This document shows, one piece after another, positions 17,201 to 24,473 of a stretch of DNA of 64,000 nucleotides. Both the position numbers and the translations under genes were made by a program. A model generated the notes under the pieces. It worked only from the letters and a program-made list of their open reading frames with translations, had not been told where the DNA came from and searched no databases. This DNA is from Candidatus Uhrbacteria bacterium (lineage in GTDB: Bacteria; Patescibacteriota; Patescibacteriia; UBA9934; GWF2-40-263), in NCBI GenBank assembly GCA_016209325.1, contig JACQWJ010000034.1, positions 220 through 64,219 of the forward strand, given 5' to 3'. How positions within the stretch are numbered: the first letter of the stretch is position 1; each line of letters starts with the position of its first letter.

Positions 17201-17522
17201 TGAAGCCAACGGCCCAGAAAAAGATGTAGCGGGTGTTGCCCGCGGCATCCTTCTTCCAGACATCCGGGATGAGATGGACATTCTCCATCAAGGCATCCAG
17301 AATGTTGGGATGGAGGGCATCCAGTCCCTCCATCCGACCACGGAGGTCATGGCCGAGGATGGAACCGGTCCCCTTCTGGGCCTCGTCGAGGTGCAGGAGA
17401 ACTTCCCGCCCGTTGACGAAGAGCTTGTCGCCCCGCCGTTGAACCCGGACCCAGCCCTTCTTGACGGGCGAGGTCTATAATGGACCCCAAAATTTAGACA
17501 CGCATTTCCCCTCGCATCCCCT

Positions 17523-17819
17523 ATGAGCGAAACCGTCCCCAAGGGACATCCACCCGTCCTCAAAGCGAAGATCGTCCTTGATGCTCTCCGAGAACAAAAG
17601 ACGATGGCTGAGCTCTCAAGCCTCTACGGCGTGCACACGCTGAAGATCAAAAACTGGAAGAGACAAGCCCTGCTTGCCATCCAGGACGGCTTTACGGAGA
17701 AGACCAAGCAAACCAAAAAAGAACAGGAGGAACTCACGTCCTCCCTCTACCAGGAGATCGGCCGACTCAAAATCGAGATCGACTGGCTTAAAAAAAAGAT
17801 GGGACTCCTTGAGTCGTGA
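17523..17819 (+). CDS. IS3 transposase OrfA (HTH)
   Basis: KAKIVLDAL.EQKT.AELSS.YGVH...I..WK, LYQEIGRLKIE.DWLKKK. Confidence 0.9.
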   Translation: MSETVPKGHPPVLKAKIVLDALREQKTMAELSSLYGVHTLKIKNWKRQALLAIQDGFTEKTKQTKKEQEELTSSLYQEIGRLKIEIDWLKKKMGLLES

Positions 17820-18669
17820 GCAGGGCCTCACCGTCCGGGATCGGGTGGCACTCCTTGAGCGAGACCATCCGGATCTGCCCCTCTCTCGCCAAACCGAGCT
17901 TCTCGGCGTCTCTCGCGCCTCCGCCTACTACCGTCCGGCGGGACCCTCGAAGTGCGATCTCGCCCTCATGGAGGAGATCGACCAACTGTACACTGAGCGC
18001 CCATACTACGGCTCCCGACGTCTGGCTCGAGAGATTTCCAAACGTCGGAAGGAGAACGTGAATCGCAAGTGTATTCAGCGCCTCATGGGTCAGATGGGAC
18101 TCGAAGCCATCTATCCCAAGCCGAACTTAAGCCGAAATACGGCCAAACATCCGATTTACCCCTATCTCCTGCGAGGCGTGAAGATCGAACGACCCAATCA
18201 GGTCTGGAGCACAGACATCACCTACATCCGCCTCTCCCATGGCTTCGTCTACCTCGTGGCCGTGATCGACTGGTACTCCCGCCTGGTTCTCGCCTGGCGG
18301 GTCTCAACCACGATGGAAGCCGGCTTCTGTATCGAGGCAGCAGAGGAAGCAATTGCGATGTACGGCGTACCGGAGATCTTCAACAGCGACCAGGGCGTTC
18401 AGTTCACAAGCGCCGACTACATTGCCATCTGGGAGACGCGCGGTGTCCGCCTCAGTATGGATGGGCGCGGTCGGGCCCTCGACAACATCTTCGTCGAGCG
18501 ACTGTGGCGAACCGTCAAATACGAGGAGGTCTACCTGAAGCACTACGAGACCGTGGAGGAAGCGAGGACGGGCCTCTCCGCCTACTTCCGCTTCTACAAC
18601 CACGAACGCCTCCACCAGAGTCTCCACTACCTCACACCTCACGAGGTCCACTTCCCAAGAGAAGGTTAA
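17809..18669 (+). CDS. IS3 transposase OrfB (DDE/rve)
   Basis: PYYGSRR, PNQVWSTDITY, FNSDQG.QFTS, DNIFVERLWRTVKYE, YN.ER.HQSL; start uncertain. Confidence 0.92.
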   Translation: MSREQGLTVRDRVALLERDHPDLPLSRQTELLGVSRASAYYRPAGPSKCDLALMEEIDQLYTERPYYGSRRLAREISKRRKENVNRKCIQRLMGQMGLEAIYPKPNLSRNTAKHPIYPYLLRGVKIERPNQVWSTDITYIRLSHGFVYLVAVIDWYSRLVLAWRVSTTMEAGFCIEAAEEAIAMYGVPEIFNSDQGVQFTSADYIAIWETRGVRLSMDGRGRALDNIFVERLWRTVKYEEVYLKHYETVEEARTGLSAYFRFYNHERLHQSLHYLTPHEVHFPREG

Positions 18670-19177
18670 ACCAAAAAAAATCGGGCCTACCCGCCTGTCC
18701 TGGAACTTGCCACCAAGAACGGACTGGTACGCCTGATTTCCCCAACCACTTATCCACTGACTGTCTTGACGATGGGGTCCACCTTAGTCGGCCAAGCCAC
18801 CTCAGCTCCCTCGAAGGGCAGTTTCACCTGCGCGTCGAGGTTGACCTCGATGGTGTTGTTGTCGATCAAGTGCCAACGGACTTCCGTTGACCAGGGGTTT
18901 TCTCTGCGGAGAAACTTCTTGAACGCCACGAACCACTCCAGTCCGTTGGCGCCAGCAAGCTTCTCGTAGAAATCCTTCATCGGTCCAGCCAGGGCGGCCA
19001 GACCATCAGCGCCGAGCACGTCTTTCGACATGGTCAGTCTCCTTCTCTATTTGGTTTCATTCTTGTCCACGAATCTGCGGACGAAAACTACTCCCCGTGT
19101 TGAAAACCGCATCCTGGCTTACTTTAGCCAAAAAATAAGCAAGACGCGATTTTCAACTAGCTCAAGAGAACTGTTAA

Positions 19178-19206
19178 ATTGTACCACATTTTGTCATAAA
19201 TGTCAA
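19178..19206 (-). promoter_or_regulatory. sigma70 promoter of the DGR target gene
   Basis: TTGACA-17 bp-TACAAT with extended -10 TG. Confidence 0.7.
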
Positions 19207-19346
19207 ACATAATATATTGTTAGTCCCCAAATCGACTGGAAGTCAACGGAATCATGGCATGACTGAAGTCCGCATGAAGACATAAAAACGAAACATTGAC
19301 GGACAAGTAAGGATACGGTCATAATAGTTAATAACATTTCATATCT

Positions 19347-19580
19347 ATGCCTCCCGCATCTACCATCATGTCCGTATCACTACCCAGGATGCTCACGAAG
19401 GCGATCGACGCCCTCGCGACAAGCACCCAGCAGAACAGAAGCGAACTCGTACGATCTGCCCTGCGTGAATATATCGCGGATGCGGGGGAAGAACGGGAAC
19501 GGTTCATCCGGGCGTACAAGGCGACGCGGAAAGAGGCAACCGTAAGCCTCGCTCGACTCAAGAAGAAATACGCGCTCTAG
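19347..19580 (+). CDS. CopG/RHH antitoxin
   Basis: MSVSLP..L...ID.LA.....NRSELVRSALREY. Confidence 0.85.
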   Translation: MPPASTIMSVSLPRMLTKAIDALATSTQQNRSELVRSALREYIADAGEERERFIRAYKATRKEATVSLARLKKKYAL

Positions 19581-19583
19581 CGT

Positions 19584-19868
19584 ATGTATCGGATCGTCTT
19601 TCGAAAATGATTTGAGCGGACGTTTACGGATATCGACCAGGAAACCCAAAGAACCGTCATCGAAGCGTTGGAACGGCTGGCAGCGGATCCATTCGCCTCG
19701 CCGCATGTAAGAAAGATCGCCGGCGTAACGTACCCCGCCTACCGGCTCAGGGTCGGAAGGTGGCACGTCCTGTACCTCCTCATCACCGAAGACAAGACCA
19801 TCGAAGCCATCGAGCTCTTTCTCAAGACTTCTCAGAAGGAATACAGGAAGTTCGTTTCGGGAAGATAG
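19584..19868 (+). pseudogene. RelE/ParE toxin with in-frame TGA at codon 9
   Basis: MYRIVFRK*FERTFTDIDQETQRTVIEALERLAADPF...YRLRVGRWHVLY. Confidence 0.8.
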
Positions 19869-19882
19869 GTAAAATCCCAATT

Positions 19883-20731
19883 TTATAACGCATCCTTCAG
19901 ACGTTTTTTCTTCTGCGGCTTTGTCAAAAAATTTTTCTTGGTGACAACCGGCCGGCCCAGACGTGCTTCGAGATTCTTCCTGGCCCCTCCGGCGATGTCG
20001 CCTCCCGCCTTGGCGTCCGCTTTCAATTTCGGAATGCCTTTTGAATCTTCCGTCCGATGGATCTCGGTCGTTGCGCGTTCGCCAAGCATGTTGAAAATCA
20101 GCTCGAAATCGTCCATGTGATCGCGTAAATTTTCGCGCCTCAATCCCTTCAATGTTTTATATTCGCTGGGCGTCACGCCAAACGTCGCCTTGGAAATCTC
20201 GGCAGTCAATATCTCGTAGTCTTGCCGGTCCTTTGCCCCGCGATTTTTCCATTCGTCGGTAAGTTCTTCGCGAATAGCCATTCCACGCATGCGCTTTTCA
20301 ATCCAATCTTCACTATAGCCTTTGAGTTTGTAAAGCATCCGTGTCCGCTTTGTCGCCAATTCAGGATTCTCGATTTCTCGCATACGTTCGTAACCCACCT
20401 TCGCCAGCCATCGCTTGAACGGTTCGGCCTTAGGGGAAGGAATGGATTGGATAATGCGAAAAATTCCTTCAGTATCCGCACAATTGATCCGCTGGATTCC
20501 GCCTTGCGTCTGAATCAAAAGGGGGGTGGAAATTTGCCCCCATCCTTTAGCAAGATCCGGATCGCGACGACGCATATCCTTTAAATACCCATCTGGTTGA
20601 GACGAATCCGTCAGAACTCCTATCACGTCCACAATCACAAACCACCATTCGCCACGGTGGAATTTCTTGCGAATCTGTTTGCCCTTGAACAAGGCGATCT
20701 GCGTATGTTCGATATTCTCAGCATCAGACAT
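19883..20731 (-). CDS. BRO-N domain protein (phage antirepressor-like)
   Basis: LFKGKQIRK...EWWFVIVDV, IIQSIPSPKAEPFKRWLAKVG.ER, LRDHM. Confidence 0.88.
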   Translation of the reverse strand: MSDAENIEHTQIALFKGKQIRKKFHRGEWWFVIVDVIGVLTDSSQPDGYLKDMRRRDPDLAKGWGQISTPLLIQTQGGIQRINCADTEGIFRIIQSIPSPKAEPFKRWLAKVGYERMREIENPELATKRTRMLYKLKGYSEDWIEKRMRGMAIREELTDEWKNRGAKDRQDYEILTAEISKATFGVTPSEYKTLKGLRRENLRDHMDDFELIFNMLGERATTEIHRTEDSKGIPKLKADAKAGGDIAGGARKNLEARLGRPVVTKKNFLTKPQKKKRLKDAL

Positions 20732-20806
20732 ATCGTATTCACGATAAGGCACATTGCGTTCGAAAAAGAACAAACTATTTGAGCGCCTGACCAAGCGTCC
20801 ACTGGG

Positions 20807-21889
20807 CTACGTGGAAGAAGACTCCTGAGGAGGCGGGGGCACGGAACCCCCGCGCAACATGCCCGCCTTGTAGAGCTCAATCACGACGAGGAACGCCGCG
20901 AGGATGACGGGACCGACGATGATGCCGATCGAGCCGAAGACCTCGAGGCCGCCGAAGATGAAGATGAGGACCAGAAAGGCGTGCATGTGGGTCGCGCCCT
21001 TGATGAGGTAGGGGGCGAGCACGTTGTCGGACAGGCCGACGAAAACGGCCGCCCAGATGAGAAGCCCAATGGCGGCGCCGGTGCTGCCGGTGAAAAAGAG
21101 GTAGAGAACCGCAGGGATCATGACGAGGCCAACGCCGAACAAGGGAACTTGGGCCGCGACCACCGTGATCGCTCCCCAGATGAGAGCGCCGGGGACCCCG
21201 AAGATGGACATACCGATCGCGGCCAAGACACCCTGGACGAAGGCCAGGATGACCGCGCCGAACACCACCGAGCGCACGGTCAGGACGATGCGGTGGATGA
21301 TGTCGCGGTCCATGGCGTCCCCGAACGGACTGAGGGCGAGAATCTCGTCGTACATCTTCTGGCGGTCCACCAGGATGTAGTAGAGGGCGATGAAGAAGAT
21401 GAACGTGTTCAGGACCAGACGGGTAGTGCTCGAGAAGAGATCCCCAACATTGCTGAACATCCACTGGGCCAGGTTGCGGGCCAGGGCGTGGAGGTCCCAG
21501 GCGCGGACCTGTTCCTGGACGAACGCAGGCAGGCTTTGGAACAGGGGATGAGAGCGGGGATCGAACGTGGCCAGCCAGCCCGCCTCGCCAAGCGAGCTTT
21601 GGAGGATCTCGGAGGCCTGCTTCACCATAAGGAGCAGGATGAAGAAGACGGGCAGGGCGACGAGCAGGAAGACCCCGCACACGAGCAGGAACGCCGCGAG
21701 CTTCCGATGTCTGATCAAGCGCTCCATGCGGACGTGGAGCGGAGTCAGCATGATGGCCGCGATACCGGCCGCCAGGAGGACCAGGACAAACGGCTGGACT
21801 GTCTGCCAGGCGAGAAACAGGACCGCCGCGGCCAGCGCGAGAAAGAACCATTTTTCCAATCCCATCGTGGCGGAAAGGGGTTGCGACAT
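20807..21889 (-). CDS. AI-2E family transporter
   Basis: Multi-TM; DNVLAPYLI, GGL..FG.IGI..GPV. Confidence 0.9.
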   Translation of the reverse strand: MSQPLSATMGLEKWFFLALAAAVLFLAWQTVQPFVLVLLAAGIAAIMLTPLHVRMERLIRHRKLAAFLLVCGVFLLVALPVFFILLLMVKQASEILQSSLGEAGWLATFDPRSHPLFQSLPAFVQEQVRAWDLHALARNLAQWMFSNVGDLFSSTTRLVLNTFIFFIALYYILVDRQKMYDEILALSPFGDAMDRDIIHRIVLTVRSVVFGAVILAFVQGVLAAIGMSIFGVPGALIWGAITVVAAQVPLFGVGLVMIPAVLYLFFTGSTGAAIGLLIWAAVFVGLSDNVLAPYLIKGATHMHAFLVLIFIFGGLEVFGSIGIIVGPVILAAFLVVIELYKAGMLRGGSVPPPPQESSST

Positions 21890-22033
21890 AACGTATGAAG
21901 GCAAAAAGCGCAAAATATGACGGCAATCCCCTTTAGCATACCATGCCGCGTCCGTTACGACGGCTGAACATGGGGAAAACGCAAACGCCCGGCACGGAGG
22001 CCGGGCGTCGAACGCCATGGTGTTGAAGACGCT

Positions 22034-22537
22034 CTAACGAGCGACTTCGATCTCATCCGTGTTTTCCGACTCGCATGCGCGGATCGTCAGGATGCCGGTC
22101 GCGTCCCGCTGGAGCGTGTAGCCGGAGAGGGTGGCGCCCCAGGTTCCCGTGCCGTTCGGGCTGACGGGAACTTCGGCGAGGTAACCGTCCGTCACCAACT
22201 CCGCCAGGTCGACGCAATTCGTGGCGGAGCTGACAGCGGTCTCACAGGTGGCATTGCAACCGGTGGTGGCGGTGCCGATCATGTACACCTGCCCGGCCGT
22301 CGTGGCAGCGATGTCAGTGGCATACGCACCACTGTTGTCGACCTGGTCAATCTTGACGGCCGAAAGAATTTCCTGGACGTCGCTTTGGCGGACGGTATCG
22401 CGGGCGTCCTCAAAGCGGGTCGCGGGGTCCAGGGCGACGAACACGACCACCGCCAGGATGGCGATGATGCCGATCACAACAAGGAGCTCGATCAGGGTGA
22501 AACCGGCACGGGCGGCGCGACGGAAAGATGACAACAT
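22034..22537 (-). CDS. Type IV major pilin
   Basis: AGFTLIELLVVIGIIAILA class III signal; ARD..R.SD; Cys pairs. Confidence 0.92.
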   Translation of the reverse strand: MLSSFRRAARAGFTLIELLVVIGIIAILAVVVFVALDPATRFEDARDTVRQSDVQEILSAVKIDQVDNSGAYATDIAATTAGQVYMIGTATTGCNATCETAVSSATNCVDLAELVTDGYLAEVPVSPNGTGTWGATLSGYTLQRDATGILTIRACESENTDEIEVAR

Positions 22538-22563
22538 AGAACGGAAAACTTCGTATGAAGGAT

Positions 22564-23559
22564 TTAGATGAACGTGTGATCAGCGGAGAACCGCCGGGGA
22601 CATGCGGCCCGCAAGGCGGCACCGAGCGCGGCACCGTAGGCATGAACCTCGCGTGGAGACAGTCCGGGAACGCGGACGACCTTCCCGATGGGGAACATGG
22701 GGAGTTCGGGGCGCACTTTGGCACACGCTTCCAGCACGGTCTTGTGTGCGGCTTCGACGCCGGCCAGGACCACACAGGAAACGCGCCATCCGCGCGGCTC
22801 GAAATATACCACCGAATCCTGGATCGTTTCAAGGATCATGTCCACCGAGCGCTTGGAGGGGATGCCGGAAAGGAGCGCGTCGGTCCCCCGTTTGGTGGAC
22901 GGGGGGTGGACGCGAAACGTACGCGAAAACAGGCAAGACCCGCCATCGGCATAAAATGCAATCGTGGCCCACGTATGACCAACGTCGACGATGCCCAACA
23001 GTTCCCTGGGCGCGGGACGCACATGGGGGGCAAAACGTCGGCACAGCCGCCAGACGGCTTTCGTATTTGCCTCGGCCGCCGCCATCGCGAATGACGGAAG
23101 GCCGACAGCAGCCAGCAGTCCTTCGACCACCGCTTCTTCGGCAGCATACGCCGTCACGCGCGGACCAACGGACTTGTCCGCCATCGATTCGAAAGACACG
23201 CGGGCGTGTGTGAACGACAAGGGGATGTCCTGCTGGGCCCGTCGACGAGCTTCTTCCTGCCAGGCACCCCGGGCAACGCCGGCCGACAAGGAAACCTGCG
23301 ATGAAAACACACGCGATTCCGGCACCAGAAGAACAGCCGGGAACGCACGACGGCTGAACGGACCACGGGCAAGTGCGCTCTCTAAAAACGTCCGGAGGTG
23401 CTTGGGATCACGCACCTGTTCATCCTCCACGCATCCCTCGGGAAGGGTCAATTCGCGCACGGCACGAACGCGCCCCCACCGGGAAACCCGCGCCAAGCGG
23501 ACATGGTGATCCGACACGTCGATACCGACACCGGAAAGATGAAAGGGGACATGAAGCAT
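22564..23559 (-). CDS. pilM: PilM-like pilus assembly protein (actin fold)
   Basis: GIDVSDH.VR, IVDVG..., VVLAG, A.GAALR. Confidence 0.75.
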   Translation of the reverse strand: MLHVPFHLSGVGIDVSDHHVRLARVSRWGRVRAVRELTLPEGCVEDEQVRDPKHLRTFLESALARGPFSRRAFPAVLLVPESRVFSSQVSLSAGVARGAWQEEARRRAQQDIPLSFTHARVSFESMADKSVGPRVTAYAAEEAVVEGLLAAVGLPSFAMAAAEANTKAVWRLCRRFAPHVRPAPRELLGIVDVGHTWATIAFYADGGSCLFSRTFRVHPPSTKRGTDALLSGIPSKRSVDMILETIQDSVVYFEPRGWRVSCVVLAGVEAAHKTVLEACAKVRPELPMFPIGKVVRVPGLSPREVHAYGAALGAALRAACPRRFSADHTFI

Positions 23560-23560
23560 A

Positions 23561-23947
23561 CTAAGGAGTTTCCTCCCAACGCGTAATAACGATCGTCGAT
23601 GCGTCAACGGTCGCATCCACTTCCAGTCGGCGCACCCATGAACCTTCCGCGGCTTCTACACGAATGGTACAGGATCCACAGGGAACGCCGGCAACGGAGA
23701 TCGTGCAGGAGGCGGGGCCGACTTCCATTGTTTCGCCGGCATATGCGGCGTCACGGGTCAGCTGCGTCATGGCTTCTTCGGCACAACTCTCGGCTGCCAA
23801 CATGAGATGGCCGCTCCCGCGTGCCGCGAGTCCGGTCTCAAGGGCCTGCCATGCCCCAAGCGCCATGCCCCCGGAAAGAAGGAGGAGCAGCGCCGTAAAA
23901 AGCACGACGCCAACGAGCAGCGCCGCGCCACGACGGTCAGTTCGCAT
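23561..23947 (-). CDS. PilX-like minor pilin
   Basis: RRGAALLVGVVL; AAESCAEEA; C-terminal WEE. Confidence 0.8.
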   Translation of the reverse strand: MRTDRRGAALLVGVVLFTALLLLLSGGMALGAWQALETGLAARGSGHLMLAAESCAEEAMTQLTRDAAYAGETMEVGPASCTISVAGVPCGSCTIRVEAAEGSWVRRLEVDATVDASTIVITRWEETP

Positions 23948-24464
23948 CCCCTTCCAAGGGAATGCGCATGGTGGTTTGAAATGACTCGGCATAGCCATCC
24001 ACGCTTCCTGTGTTCGAGACCGTCTCCAGGGTGAATTCCACGCGTATGATACCGCTCTCTTCGGAACTTGTCAGGTTGGTAAAAACAAAGCGCGTCACGA
24101 TCATGCCGGGCGGGGTCAGACGCACGGCATCTCCATGTGCCTGCATAACGAAGAGATTTCCGTTATCCTCATCCAGAAAAAATATCGTCGGATCTTCCAT
24201 ATTCTCGGACATCGTCAAAGACAACACCCCTGGGTCGACGTCGAATTGCGAACCTCCGAAATCGATTCCTGCCGCGTGACGTACAGCATCCGTCAGCCGA
24301 ACCTCCACAAGACGGGCATGGTGGGACACAGCGGCAACGGCCTTGATACGCGCATGGAGTATCATGGCCTGGAACAGAAGCGAGGACATGACCGTGATTA
24401 AAAACGCCGCAATCGCCAGGGAGACGAGCGTTTCAACGAGGGTAAACCCACGTGGATGCGTCAT
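23937..24464 (-). CDS. PilW-like minor pilin
   Basis: RGFTLVETLVSLAI. Confidence 0.85.
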   Translation of the reverse strand: MTHPRGFTLVETLVSLAIAAFLITVMSSLLFQAMILHARIKAVAAVSHHARLVEVRLTDAVRHAAGIDFGGSQFDVDPGVLSLTMSENMEDPTIFFLDEDNGNLFVMQAHGDAVRLTPPGMIVTRFVFTNLTSSEESGIIRVEFTLETVSNTGSVDGYAESFQTTMRIPLEGDAN

Positions 24465-24473
24465 ACCAAAACA

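Larger units (their letters stand above)
17476..18786 (+). mobile_element. IS3-family insertion sequence, 1311 bp
   Basis: Imperfect 25-bp TIRs TATAATGGACCCCAAAATTTAGACA / rc TAAGGTGGACCCCATCGTCAAGACA; GTC duplication at 17473-17475 and 18787-18789; orfA + orfB. Confidence 0.93.
17076..19031 (-). pseudogene. DGR target gene (213 aa when reconstructed), interrupted by IS3
   Basis: Removing 17476-18786 plus one GTC joins ...AEVAWPT to SPVKKGWVRVQRRGDKLFVNG...VR in frame (642 bp). Confidence 0.92.

Noticed and set aside
19608-19610. TGA recoding (genetic code 25)
   Set aside because: Many conserved genes in the window end at TGA and none needs readthrough
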